Shown one piece after another: positions 28,748 to 44,200 of a stretch of 64,000 nucleotides of DNA. The DNA comes from Auanema rhodensis. Lineage: Eukaryota; Animalia; Nematoda. The translations under genes and the position numbers were made by a program. The DNA is taken from assembly GCA_964057225.1 (NCBI GenBank), contig OZ059900.1, forward strand, positions 4,898,001-4,962,000, given 5' to 3'. Each line of letters opens with the position of its first letter. Position 1 is the first letter of the stretch. The notes under the pieces were generated by a model. That model saw only the letters and a program-made list of their open reading frames with translations. It was not told the origin of the DNA and did no database searches.

Positions 28748-31700
28748 CCATGGGAAATTCATTTAAGTTCACAGTATTCTTCTATCTTTAACGGTATCCG
28801 AGTTACAAATCAAGATCACTTTCTTTGGATACTTAGGTGGTATAGCTACCTGTTCACAAAAAATTGGAAGTCCTGGTTACCATGCATCAAACCCATTAAG
28901 ATTGTGTCTCTAGACTAATATAACCATGGGAAATTCATTTAAGTTCACAGTATTCTTCTATCTTTAACGGTATCCGAGTTACAAATCAAGATCACTTTCT
29001 TTGGATACTTAGGTGGTATAGCTACCTGTTCACAAAAAATTGGAAGTCCTGGTTACCATGCATCAAACCCATTAAGATTGTGTCTCTAGACTAATATAAC
29101 CATGGGAAATTCATTTAAGTTCACAGTATTCTTCTATCTTTAACGGTATCCGAGTTACAAATCAAGATCACTTTCTTTGGATACTTAGGTGGTATAGCTA
29201 CCTGTTCACAAAAAATTGGAAGTCCTGGTTACCATGCATCAAACCCATTAAGATTGTGTTTCTAGACTAATATAACCATGGGGACTTTATCAAATTTCAC
29301 AGTATTCTTCTATCTTTAACGGTATCCGAGTTACAAATCAAGATCACTTTCTTTGGATACTTAGGTGGTATAGCTACCTGTTCACAAAAAATTGGAAGTC
29401 CTGGTTACCATGCATCAAACCCATTAAGATTGTGTTTCTAGACTAATATAACCATGGGAAATTCATTTAAGTTCACAGTATTCTTCTATCTTTAACGGTA
29501 TCCGAGTTACAAATCAAGATCACTTTCTTTGGATACTTAGGTGGTATAGCTACCTGTTCACAAAAAATTGGAAGTCCTGGTTACCATGCATCAAACCCAT
29601 TAAGATTGTGTTTCTAGACTAATATGACCATGGGAAATTCATTTAAGTTCACAGTATTCTTTTATCTTTAACGGTATCCGAGTTACAAATCAAGATCACT
29701 CTCTTTGGATACTTATGTGGTATAGCTACCTGTTCACAAAAAATTGGAAGTCCTGGTTACCATGCATCAAATCCTTTAAGATAGTGTTTCTAGACTAATA
29801 TGACCATGGGGACTTCATTAAAATTAACAGTATTCTTCTATCTTTAACGGTATCCGAGTTACAAATCAAGATCACTTTCTTTGGATACTTAGGTGGTATA
29901 GCTACCTGTTCACAAAAAATTGGAAGTCCTGGTTACCATGCATCAAATCCTTTAAGATAGTGTTTCTAGACTAATATGATCATGGGAAATTCATTTAAGT
30001 TCACAGTATTCTTCTATCTTTAACGGTATCCGAGTTACAAATCAAGATCACTTTCTTTGGATACTTAGGTGGTATAGCTACCTGTTCACAAAAAATTGGA
30101 AGTCCTGGTTACCATGCATCAAATCCTTTAAGATAGTGTTTCTAGACTAATATAACCATGGGAAATTCATTTAAGTTCACAGTATTCTTCTATCTTTAAC
30201 GGTATCCGAGTTACAAATCAAGATCACTTTCTTTGGATACTTAGGTGGTATAGCTACCTGTTCACAAAAAGTTGGAAGTCCTGGTTACCATGCATCAAAT
30301 CCTTTAAGATAGTGTTTCTAGACTAATATGACCATGGGGACTTCATTAAAATTAACAGTATTCTTCTATCTTTAACGGTATCCGAGTTACAAATCAAGAT
30401 CACTTTCTTTGGATACTTAGGTGGTATAGCTACCTGTTCACAAAAAATTGGAAGTCCTGGTTACCATGCATCAAATCCTTTAAGATAGTGTTTCTAGACT
30501 AATATGATCATGGGAAATTCATTTAAGTTCACAGTATTCTTCTATCTTTAACGGTATCCGAGTTACAAATCAAGATCACTTTCTTTGGATACTTAGGTGG
30601 TATAGCTACCTGTTCACAAAAAATTGGAAGTCCTGGTTACCATGCATCAAATCCTTTAAGATAGTGTTTCTAGACTAATATAACCATGGGGACTTTATCA
30701 AATTTCACAGTATTCTTCTATCTTTAACGGTATCCGAGTTACAAATCAAGATCACTTTCTTTGGATACTTAGGTGGTATAGCTACCTGTTCACAAAAAGT
30801 TGGAAGTCCTGGTTACCATGCATCAAATCCTTTAAGATAGTGTTTCTAGACTAATATAACCATGGGGACTTTATCAAATTTCACAGTATTCTTCTATCTT
30901 TAACGGTATCCGAGTTACAAATCAAGATCACTTTCTTTGGATACTTAGGTGGTATAGCTACCTGTTCACAAAAAATTGGAAGTCCTGGTTACCATGCATC
31001 AAATTCTTTAAGATAGTGTTTCTAGACTAATATGACCATGGGGACTTCATTAAAATTAACAGTATTCTTCTATCTTTAACGGTATCCGAGTTACAAATCA
31101 AGATCACTTTCTTTGGATACTTAGGTGGTATAGCTACCTGTTCACAAAAAATTGGAAGTCCTGGTTACCATGCATCAAACCCATTAAGATTGTGTTTCTA
31201 GACTAATATAACTATGGGAAATTCATTTAAGTTCACAGTATTCTTCTATCTTTAACGGTATCCGAGTTGCAAATCAAGATCACTTTCTTTGGATACTTAG
31301 GTGGTATAGCTACCTGTTCACAAAAAATTGGAAGTCCTGGTTACCATGCATCAAACCCATTAAGATTGTGTTTCTAGACTAATATGACCATGAGAAATTC
31401 ATTTAAGTTCACAGTATTCTTCTATCTTTAACGGTATCCGAGTTACAAATCAAGATCACTTTCTTTGGATACTTAGGTGGTATAGCTACCTGTTCACAAA
31501 AAGTTGGAAGTCCTGGTTACCATGCATCAAATCCTTTAAGATAGTGTTTCTAGACTAATATGACCATGGGGACTTCATTAAAATTAACAGTATTCTTCTA
31601 TCTTTAACGGTATCCGAGTTACAAATCAAGATCACTTTCTTTGGATACTTAGGTGGTATAGCTACCTGTTCACAAAAAATTGGAAGTCCTGGTTACCATG

Positions 31701-33099
31701 CATCAAATCCTTTAAGATAGTGTTTCTAGACTAATATGATCATGGGAAATTCATTTAAGTTCACAGTATTCTTCTATCTTTAACGGTATCCGAGTTACAA
31801 ATCAAGATCACTTTCTTTGGATACTTAGGTGGTATAGCTACCTGTTCACAAAAAATTGGAAGTCCTGGTTACCATGCATCAAACCCATTAAGATTGTGTT
31901 TCTAGACTAATATGACCATGAGAAATTCATTTAAGTTCACAGTATTCTTCTATCTTTAACGGTATCCGAGTTACAAATCAAGATCACTTTCTTTGGATAC
32001 TTAGGTGGTATAGCTACCTGTTCACAAAAAGTTGGAAGTCCTGGTTACCATGCATCAAACCCATTAAGATTGTGTTTCTAGACTAATATAACCATGGGAA
32101 ATTCATTTAAGTTCACAGTATTCTTCTATCTTTAACGGTATCCGAGTTACAAATCAAGATCACTTTCTTTGGATACTTAGGTGGTATAGCTACCTGTTCA
32201 CAAAAAATTGGAAGTCCTGGTTACCATGCATCAAACCCATTAAGATTGTGTTTCTAGACTAATATAACCATGGGAAATTCATTTAAGTTCACAGTATTCT
32301 TCTATCTTTAACGGTATCCGAGTTACAAATCAAGAACACTTTCTTTGGATACTTAGGTGGTATAGCTACCTGTTCACAAAAAATTGGAAGTCCTGGTTAC
32401 CATGCATCAAACCCATTAAGATTGTGTTTCTAGACTAATATGACCATGGGAAATTCATTTAAGTTCACAGTATTCTTTTATCTTTAACGGTATCCGAGTT
32501 ACAAATCAAGATCACTCTCTTTGGATACTTATGTGGTATAGCTACCTGTTCACAAAAAATTGGAAGTCCTGGTTACCATGCATCAAATCCTTTAAGATAG
32601 TGTTTCTAGACTAATATAACCATGGGGACTTTATCAAATTTCACAGTATTCTTCTATCTTTAACGGTATCCGAGTTACAAATCAAGATCACTTTCTTTGG
32701 ATACTTAGGTGGTATAGCTACCTGTTCACAAAAAATTGGAAGTCCTGGTTACCATGCATCAAACCCATTAAGATTGTGTTTCTAGACTAATATGACCATG
32801 AGAAATTCATTTAAGTTCACAGTATTCTTCTATCTTTAACGGTATCCGAGTTACAAATCAAGATCACTTTCTTTGGATACTTAGGTGGTATAGCTACCTG
32901 TTCACAAAAAGTTGGAAGTCCTGGTTACCATGCATCAAATCCTTTAAGATAGTGTTTCTAGACTAATATGACCATGGGGACTTCATTAAAATTAACAGTA
33001 TTCTTCTATCTTTAACGGTATCCGAGTTACAAATCAAGATCACTTTCTTTGGATACTTAGGTGGTATAGCTACCTGTTCACAAAAAATTGGAAGTCCTG

Positions 33100-35220
33100 G
33101 TTACCATGCATCAAATCCTTTAAGATAGTGTTTCTAGACTAATATGATCATGGGGAATTCATTTAAGTTCACAGTATTCTTCTATCTTTAACGGTATCCG
33201 AGTTACAAATCAAGATCACTTTCTTTGGATACTTAGGTGGTATAGCTACCTGTTCACAAAAAATTGGAAGTCCTGGTTACCATGCATCAAATCCTTTAAG
33301 ATAGTGTTTCTAGACTAATATAACCATGGGGACTTATCAAATTTCACAGTATTCTTCTATCTTTAACGGTATCCGAGTTACAAATCAAGATCACTTTCTT
33401 TGGATACTTAGGTGGTATAGCTACCTGTTCACAAAAAGTTGGAAGTCCTGGTTACCATGCATCAAATCCTTTAAGATAGTGTTTCTAGACTAATATAACC
33501 ATGGGGACTTTATCAAATTTCACAGTATTCTTCTATCTTTAACGGTATCCGAGTTACAAATCAAGATCACTTTCTTTGGATACTTAGGTGGTATAGCTAC
33601 CTGTTCACAAAAAATTGGAAGTCCTGGTTACCATGCATCAAATTCTTTAAGATAGTGTTTCTAGACTAATATGACCATGGGGACTTCATTAAAATTAACA
33701 GTATTCTTCTATCTTTAACGGTATCCGAGTTACAAATCAAGATCACTTTCTTTGGATACTTAGGTGGTATAGCTACCTGTTCACAAAAAATTGGAAGTCC
33801 TGGTTACCATGCATCAAACCCATTAAGATTGTGTTTCTAGACTAATATAACTATGGGAAATTCATTTAAGTTCACAGTATTCTTCTATCTTTAACGGTAT
33901 CCGAGTTACAAATCAAGATCACTTTCTTTGGATACTTAGGTGGTATAGCTACCTGTTCACAAAAAATTGGAAGTCCTGGTTACCATGCATCAAATCCTTT
34001 AAGATAGTGTTTCTAGACTAATATAACCATGGGGACTTTATCAAATTTCACAGTATTCTTCTATCTTTAACGGTATCCGAGTTACAAATCAAGATCACTT
34101 TCTTTGGATACTTAGGTGGTATAGCTACCTGTTCACAAAAAATTGGAAGTCCTGGTTACCATGCATCAAATCCTTTAAGATAGTGTTTCTAGACTAATAT
34201 GATCATGGGGAATTCATTTAAGTTCACAGTATTCTTCTATCTTTAACGGTATCCGAGTTACAAATCAAGATCACTTTCTTTGGATACTTAGGTGGTATAG
34301 CTACCTGTTCACAAAAAATTGGAAGTCCTGGTTACCATGCATCAAATCCTTTAAGATAGTGTTTCTAGACTAATATAACCATGGGGACTTATCAAATTTC
34401 ACAGTATTCTTCTATCTTTAACGGTATCCGAGTTACAAATCAAGATCACTTTCTTTGGATACTTAGGTGGTATAGCTACCTGTTCACAAAAAGTTGGAAG
34501 TCCTGGTTACCATGCATCAAATCCTTTAAGATAGTGTTTCTAGACTAATATAACCATGGGGACTTTATCAAATTTCACAGTATTCTTCTATCTTTAACGG
34601 TATCCGAGTTACAAATCAAGATCACTTTCTTTGGATACTTAGGTGGTATAGCTACCTGTTCACAAAAAATTGGAAGTCCTGGTTACCATGCATCAAATTC
34701 TTTAAGATAGTGTTTCTAGACTAATATGACCATGGGGACTTCATTAAAATTAACAGTATTCTTCTATCTTTAACGGTATCCGAGTTACAAATCAAGATCA
34801 CTTTCTTTGGATACTTAGGTGGTATAGCTACCTGTTCACAAAAAATTGGAAGTCCTGGTTACCATGCATCAAACCCATTAAGATTGTGTTTCTAGACTAA
34901 TATAACTATGGGAAATTCATTTAAGTTCACAGTATTCTTCTATCTTTAACGGTATCCGAGTTACAAATCAAGATCACTTTCTTTGGATACTTAGGTGGTA
35001 TAGCTACCTGTTCACAAAAAATTGGAAGTCCTGGTTACCATGCATCAAATCCTTTAAGATAGTGTTTCTAGACTAATATAACCATGGGGACTTTATCAAA
35101 TTTCACAGTATTCTTCTATCTTTAACGGTATCCGAGTTACAAATCAAGATCACTTTCTTTGGATACTTAGGTGGTATAGCTACCTGTTCACAAAAAATTG
35201 GAAGTCCTGGTTACCATGCA
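33100..35220. repeat. 6-mer higher-order repeat, period 1055 bp, two copies
   Basis: The 1-bp deletion GGGGACTTATC lies at ~33335 and ~34390 (1055 = 6x176-1). Each is preceded by TGATCATGGGGAATTC and followed by AAAAAGTTGG, AAATTCTTT and AACTATGGG monomers. Boundaries approximate. Confidence 0.8.
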
Positions 35221-38200
35221 TCAAATTCTTTAAGATAGTGTTTCTAGACTAATATGACCATGGGGACTTCATTAAAATTAACAGTATTCTTCTATCTTTA
35301 ACGGTATCCGAGTTACAAATCAAGATCACTTTCTTTGGATACTTAGGTGGTATAGCTACCTGTTCACAAAAAATTGGAAGTCCTGGTTACCATGCATCAA
35401 ATCCTTTAAGATAGTGTTTCTAGACTAATATAACCATGGGGACTTTATCAAATTTCACAGTATTCTTCTATCTTTAACGGTATCCGAGTTACAAATCAAG
35501 ATCACTTTCTTTGGATACTTAGGTGGTATAGCTACCTGTTCACAAAAAATTGGAAGTCCTGGTTACCATGCATCAAATTCTTTAAGATAGTGTTTCTAGA
35601 CTAATATGACCATGGGGACTTCATTAAAATTAACAGTATTCTTCTATCTTTAACGGTATCCGAGTTACAAATCAAGATCACTTTCTTTGGATACTTAGGT
35701 GGTATAGCTACCTGTTCACAAAAAATTGGAAGTCCTGGTTACCATGCATCAAACCCATTAAGATTGTGTTTCTAGACTAATATAACTATGGGAAATTCAT
35801 TTAAGTTCACAGTATTCTTCTATCTTTAACGGTATCCGAGTTGCAAATCAAGATCACTTTCTTTGGATACTTAGGTGGTATAGCTACCTGTTCACAAAAA
35901 ATTGGAAGTCCTGGTTACCATGCATCAAATCCTTTAAGATAGTGTTTCTAGACTAATATAACCATGGGGACTTTATCAAATTTCACAGTATTCTTCTATC
36001 TTTAACGGTATCCGAGTTACAAATCAAGATCACTTTCTTTGGATACTTAGGTGGTATAGCTACCTGTTCACAAAAAATTGGAAGTCCTGGTTACCATGCA
36101 TCAAACCCATTAAGATTGTGTTTCTAGACTAATATAACCATGGGAAAATCATTTAAGTTCACAGTATTCTTCGTATCCGAGTTACAAATCAAGATCACTT
36201 TCTTTGGATACTTAGGTGGTATAGCTACCTGTTCACAAAAAATTGGAAGTCCTGGTTACCATGCATCAAACCCATTAAGATTGTGTTTCTAGACTAATAT
36301 GACCATGGGAAATTCATTTAAGTTCACAGTATTCTTTTATCTTTAACGGTATCCGAGTTACAAATCAAGATCACTCTCTTTGGATACTTATGTGGTATAG
36401 CTACCTGTTCACAAAAAATTGGAAGTCCTGGTTACCATGCATCAAATCCTTTAAGATAGTGTTTCTAGACTAATATAACCATGGGGACTTTATCAAATTT
36501 CACAGTATTCTTCTATCTTTAACGGTATCCGAGTTACAAATCAAGATCACTTTCTTTGGATACTTAGGTGGTATAGCTACCTGTTCACAAAAAATTGGAA
36601 GTCCTGGTTACCATGCATCAAACCCATTAAGATTGTGTTTCTAGACTAATATGACCATGAGAAATTCATTTAAGTTCACAGTATTCTTCTATCTTTAACG
36701 GTATCCGAGTTACAAATCAAGATCACTTTCTTTGGATACTTAGGTGGTATAGCTACCTGTTCACAAAAAATTGGAAGTCCTGGTTACCATGCATCAAACC
36801 CATTAAGATTGTGTCTCTAGACTAATATAACCATGGGAAATTCATTTAAGTTCACAGTATTCTTCTATCTTTAACGGTATCCGAGTTACAAATCAAGATC
36901 ACTTTCTTTGGATACTTAGGTGGTATAGCTACCTGTTCACAAAAAATTGGAAGTCCTGGTTACCATGCATCAAACCCATTAAGATTGTGTTTCTAGACTA
37001 ATATAACCATGGGGACTTTATCAAATTTCACAGTATTCTTCTATCTTTAACGGTATCCGAGTTACAAATCAAGATCACTTTCTTTGGATACTTAGGTGGT
37101 ATAGCTACCTGTTCACAAAAAATTGGAAGTCCTGGTTACCATGCATCAAACCCATTAAGATTGTGTTTCTAGACTAATATAACCATGGGAAATTCATTTA
37201 AGTTCACAGTATTCTTCTATCTTTAACGGTATCCGAGTTACAAATCAAGATCACTTTCTTTGGATACTTAGGTGGTATAGCTACCTGTTCACAAAAAATT
37301 GGAAGTCCTGGTTACCATGCATCAAACCCATTAAGATTGTGTTTCTAGACTAATATAACCATGGGAAATTCATTTAAGTTCACAGTATTCTTCTATCTTT
37401 AACGGTATCCGAGTTACAAATCAAGATCACTTTCTTTGGATACTTAGGTGGTATAGCTACCTGTTCACAAAAAATTGGAAGTCCTGGTTACCATGCATCA
37501 AACCCATTAAGATTGTGTTTCTAGACTAATATGACCATGGGAAATTCATTTAAGTTCACAGTATTCTTTTATCTTTAACGGTATCCGAGTTACAAATCAA
37601 GATCACTCTCTTTGGATACTTATGTGGTATAGCTACCTGTTCACAAAAAATTGGAAGTCCTGGTTACCATGCATCAAATCCTTTAAGATAGTGTTTCTAG
37701 ACTAATATAACCATGGGGACTTTATCAAATTTCACAGTATTCTTCTATCTTTAACGGTATCCGAGTTACAAATCAAGATCACTTTCTTTGGATACTTAGG
37801 TGGTATAGCTACCTGTTCACAAAAAGTTGGAAGTCCTGGTTACCATGCATCAAATCCTTTAAGATAGTGTTTCTAGACTAATATGACCATGGGGACTTCA
37901 TTAAAATTAACAGTATTCTTCTATCTTTAACGGTATCCGAGTTACAAATCAAGATCACTCTCTTTGGATACTTATGTGGTATAGCTACCTGTTCACAAAA
38001 AATTGGAAGTCCTGGTTACCATGCATCAAATCCTTTAAGATAGTGTTTCTAGACTAATATAACCATGGGGACTTTATCAAATTTCACAGTATTCTTCTAT
38101 CTTTAACGGTATCCGAGTTACAAATCAAGATCACTTTCTTTGGATACTTAGGTGGTATAGCTACCTGTTCACAAAAAATTGGAAGTCCTGGTTACCATGC

Positions 38201-41200
38201 ATCAAACCCATTAAGATTGTGTTTCTAGACTAATATAACCATGGGGACTTTATCAAATTTCACAGTATTCTTCTATCTTTAACGGTATCCGAGTTACAAA
38301 TCAAGATCACTTTCTTTGGATACTTAGGTGGTATAGCTACCTGTTCACAAAAAATTGGAAGTCCTGGTTACCATGCATCAAACCCATTAAGATTGTGTTT
38401 CTAGACTAATATAACCATGGGAAATTCATTTAAGTTCACAGTATTCTTCTATCTTTAACGGTATCCGAGTTACAAATCAAGATCACTTTCTTTGGATACT
38501 TAGGTGGTATAGCTACCTGTTCACAAAAAATTGGAAGTCCTGGTTACCATGCATCAAACCCATTAAGATTGTGTTTCTAGACTAATATAACCATGGGAAA
38601 TTCATTTAAGTTCACAGTATTCTTCTATCTTTAACGGTATCCGAGTTACAAATCAAGATCACTTTCTTTGGATACTTAGGTGGTATAGCTACCTGTTCAC
38701 AAAAAATTGGAAGTCCTGGTTACCATGCATCAAACCCATTAAGATTGTGTTTCTAGACTAATATGACCATGGGAAATTCATTTAAGTTCACAGTATTCTT
38801 TTATCTTTAACGGTATCCGAGTTACAAATCAAGATCACTCTCTTTGGATACTTATGTGGTATAGCTACCTGTTCACAAAAAATTGGAAGTCCTGGTTACC
38901 ATGCATCAAATCCTTTAAGATAGTGTTTCTAGACTAATATAACCATGGGGACTTTATCAAATTTCACAGTATTCTTCTATCTTTAACGGTATCCGAGTTA
39001 CAAATCAAGATCACTTTCTTTGGATACTTAGGTGGTATAGCTACCTGTTCACAAAAAGTTGGAAGTCCTGGTTACCATGCATCAAATCCTTTAAGATAGT
39101 GTTTCTAGACTAATATGACCATGGGGACTTCATTAAAATTAACAGTATTCTTCTATCTTTAACGGTATCCGAGTTACAAATCAAGATCACTTTCTTTGGA
39201 TACTTAGGTGGTATAGCTACCTGTTCACAAAAAATTGGAAGTCCTGGTTACCATGCATCAAACCCATTAAGATTGTGTTTCTAGACTAATATGACCATGG
39301 GAAATTCATTTAAGTTCACAGTATTCTTTTATCTTTAACGGTATCCGAGTTACAAATCAAGATCACTCTCTTTGGATACTTATGTGGTATAGCTACCTGT
39401 TCACAAAAAATTGGAAGTCCTGGTTACCATGCATCAAATCCTTTAAGATAGTGTTTCTAGACTAATATAACCATGGGGACTTTATCAAATTTCACAGTAT
39501 TCTTCTATCTTTAACGGTATCCGAGTTACAAATCAAGATCACTTTCTTTGGATACTTAGGTGGTATAGCTACCTGTTCACAAAAAATTGGAAGTCCTGGT
39601 TACCATGCATCAAACCCATTAAGATTGTGTTTCTAGACTAATATAACCATGGGAAATTCATTTAAGTTCACAGTATTCTTCTATCTTTAACGGTATCCGA
39701 GTTACAAATCAAGATCACTTTCTTTGGATACTTAGGTGGTATAGCTACCTGTTCACAAAAAATTGGAAGTCCTGGTTACCATGCATCAAACCCATTAAGA
39801 TTGTGTTTCTAGACTAATATAACCATGGGAAATTCATTTAAGTTCACAGTATTCTTCTATCTTTAACGGTATCCGAGTTACAAATCAAGATCACTTTCTT
39901 TGGATACTTAGGTGGTATAGCTACCTGTTCACAAAAAATTGGAAGTCCTGGTTACCATGCATCAAACCCATTAAGATTGTGTTTCTAGACTAATATGACC
40001 ATGGGAAATTCATTTAAGTTCCCAGTATTCTTTTATCTTTAACGGTATCCGAGTTACAAATCAAGATCACTCTCTTTGGATACTTATGTGGTATAGCTAC
40101 CTGTTCACAAAAAATTGGAAGTCCTGGTTACCATGCATCAAATCCTTTAAGATAGTGTTTCTAGACTAATATAACCATGGGGACTTTATCAAATTTCACA
40201 GTATTCTTCTATCTTTAACGGTATCCGAGTTACAAATCAAGATCACTTTCTTTGGATACTTAGGTGGTATAGCTACCTGTTCACAAAAAATTGGAAGTCC
40301 TGGTTACCATGCATCAAACCCATTAAGATTGTGTTTCTAGACTAATATGACCATGAGAAATTCATTTAAGTTCACAGTATTCTTCTATCTTTAACGGTAT
40401 CCGAGTTACAAATCAAGATCACTTTCTTTGGATACTTAGGTGGTATAGCTACCTGTTCACAAAAAGTTGGAAGTCCTGGTTACCATGCATCAAACCCATT
40501 AAGATTGTGTTTCTAGACTAATATAACCATGGGAAATTCATTTAAGTTCACAGTATTCTTCTATCTTTAACGGTATCCGAGTTACAAATCAAGATCACTT
40601 TCTTTGGATACTTAGGTGGTATAGCTACCTGTTCACAAAAAATTGGAAGTCCTGGTTACCATGCATCAAACCCATTAAGATTCTGTTTCTAGACTAATAT
40701 GACCATGGGAAATTCATTTAAGTTCACAGTATTCTTTTATCTTTAACGGTATCCGAGTTACAAATCAAGATCACTCTCTTTGGATACTTATGTGGTATAG
40801 CTACCTGTTCACAAAAAATTGGAAGTCCTGGTTACCATGCATCAAATCCTTTAAGATAGTGTTTCTAGACTAATATAACCATGGGGACTTTATCAAATTT
40901 CACAGTATTCTTCTATCTTTAACGGTATCCGAGTTACAAATCAAGATCACTTTCTTTGGATACTTAGGTGGTATAGCTACCTGTTCACAAAAAATTGGAA
41001 GTCCTGGTTACCATGCATCAAACCCATTAAGATTGTGTTTCTAGACTAATATGACCATGAGAAATTCATTTAAGTTCACAGTATTCTTCTATCTTTAACG
41101 GTATCCGAGTTACAAATCAAGATCACTTTCTTTGGATACTTAGGTGGTATAGCTACCTGTTCACAAAAAGTTGGAAGTCCTGGTTACCATGCATCAAATC

Positions 41201-44200
41201 CTTTAAGATAGTGTTTCTAGACTAATATGACCATGGGGACTTCATTAAAATTAACAGTATTCTTCTATCTTTAACGGTATCCGAGTTACAAATCAAGATC
41301 ACTTTCTTTGGATACTTAGGTGGTATAGCTACCTGTTCACAAAAAATTGGAAGTCCTGGTTACCATGCATCAAATCCTTTAAGATAGTGTTTCTAGACTA
41401 ATATGATCATGGGAAATTCATTTAAGTTCACAGTATTCTTCTATCTTTAACGGTATCCGAGTTACAAATCAAGATCACTTTCTTTGGATACTTAGGTGGT
41501 ATAGCTACCTGTTCACAAAAAATTGGAAGTCCTGGTTACCATGCATCAAACCCATTAAGATTGTGTTTCTAGACTAATATAACTATGGGAAATTCATTTA
41601 AGTTCACAGTATTCTTCTATCTTTAACGGTATCCGAGTTGCAAATCAAGATCACTTTCTTTGGATACTTAGGTGGTATAGCTACCTGTTCACAAAAAATT
41701 GGAAGTCCTGGTTACCATGCATCAAATCCTTTAAGATAGTGTTTCTAGACTAATATAACCATGGGGACTTTATCAAATTTCACAGTATTCTTCTATCTTT
41801 AACGGTATCCGAGTTACAAATCAAGATCACTTTCTTTGGATACTTAGGTGGTATAGCTACCTGTTCACAAAAAATTGGAAGTCCTGGTTACCATGCATCA
41901 AACCCATTAAGATTGTGTTTCTAGACTAATATAACCATGGGAAAATCATTTAAGTTCACAGTATTCTTCGTATCCGAGTTACAAATCAAGATCACTTTCT
42001 TTGGATACTTAGGTGGTATAGCTACCTGTTCACAAAAAATTGGAAGTCCTGGTTACCATGCATCAAACCCATTAAGATTGTGTTTCTAGACTAATATGAC
42101 CATGGGAAATTCATTTAAGTTCACAGTATTCTTTTATCTTTAACGGTATCCGAGTTACAAATCAAGATCACTCTCTTTGGATACTTATGTGGTATAGCTA
42201 CCTGTTCACAAAAAATTGGAAGTCCTGGTTACCATGCATCAAATCCTTTAAGATAGTGTTTCTAGACTAATATAACCATGGGGACTTTATCAAATTTCAC
42301 AGTATTCTTCTATCTTTAACGGTATCCGAGTTACAAATCAAGATCACTTTCTTTGGATACTTAGGTGGTATAGCTACCTGTTCACAAAAAATTGGAAGTC
42401 CTGGTTACCATGCATCAAACCCATTAAGATTGTGTTTCTAGACTAATATAACCATGGGGACTTTATCAAATTTCACAGTATTCTTCTATCTTTAACGGTA
42501 TCCGAGTTACAAATCAAGATCACTTTCTTTGGATACTTAGGTGGTATAGCTACCTGTTCACAAAAAATTGGAAGTCCTGGTTACCATGCATCAAACCCAT
42601 TAAGATTGTGTTTCTAGACTAATATAACCATGGGAAATTCATTTAAGTTCACAGTATTCTTCTATCTTTAACGGTATCCGAGTTGCAAATCAAGATCACT
42701 TTCTTTGGATACTTAGGTGGTATAGCTACCTGTTCACAAAAAATTGGAAGTCCTGGTTACCATGCATCAAATCCTTTAAGATAGTGTTTCTAGACTAATA
42801 TAACCATGGGGACTTTATCAAATTTCACAGTATTCTTCTATCTTTAACGGTATCCGAGTTACAAATCAAGATCACTTTCTTTGGATACTTAGGTGGTATT
42901 GCTACCTGTTCACAAAAAATTGGAAGTCCTGGTTACCATGCATCAAACCCATTAAGATTGTGTTTCTAGACTAATATAACCATGGGAAAATCATTTAAGT
43001 TCACAGTATTCTTCGTATCCGAGTTACAAATCAAGATCACTTTCTTTGGATACTTAGGTGGTATAGCTACCTGTTCACAAAAAATTGGAAGTCCTGGTTA
43101 CCATGCATCAAACCCATTAAGATTGTGTTTCTAGACTAATATGACCATGGGAAATTCATTTAAGTTCACAGTATTCTTTTATCTTTAACGGTATCCGAGT
43201 TACAAATCAAGATCACTCTCTTTGGATACTTATGTGGTATAGCTACCTGTTCACAAAAAATTGGAAGTCCTGGTTACCATGCATCAAACCCATTAAGATT
43301 GTGTCTCTAGACTAATATAACCATGGGAAATTCATTTAAGTTCACAGTATTCTTCTATCTTTAACGGTATCCGAGTTACAAATCAAGATCACTTTCTTTG
43401 GATACTTAGGTGGTATAGCTACCTGTTCACAAAAAATTGGAAGTCCTGGTTACCATGCATCAAACCCATTAAGATTGTGTTTCTAGACTAATATAACCAT
43501 GGGGACTTTATCAAATTTCACAGTATTCTTCTATCTTTAACGGTATCCGAGTTACAAATCAAGATCACTTTCTTTGGATACTTAGGTGGTATAGCTACCT
43601 GTTCACAAAAAATTGGAAGTCCTGGTTACCATGCATCAAACCCATTAAGATTGTGTTTCTAGACTAATATAACCATGGGAAATTCATTTAAGTTCACAGT
43701 ATTCTTCTATCTTTAACGGTATCCGAGTTACAAATCAAGATCACTTTCTTTGGATACTTAGGTGGTATAGCTACCTGTTCACAAAAAATTGGAAGTCCTG
43801 GTTACCATGCATCAAACCCATTAAGATTGTGTTTCTAGACTAATATAACCATGGGAAATTCATTTAAGTTCACAGTATTCTTCTATCTTTAACGGTATCC
43901 GAGTTACAAATCAAGATCACTTTCTTTGGATACTTAGGTGGTATAGCTACCTGTTCACAAAAAATTGGAAGTCCTGGTTACCATGCATCAAACCCATTAA
44001 GATTGTGTTTCTAGACTAATATGACCATGGGAAATTCATTTAAGTTCACAGTATTCTTTTATCTTTAACGGTATCCGAGTTACAAATCAAGATCACTCTC
44101 TTTGGATACTTATGTGGTATAGCTACCTGTTCACAAAAAATTGGAAGTCCTGGTTACCATGCATCAAATCCTTTAAGATAGTGTTTCTAGACTAATATAA

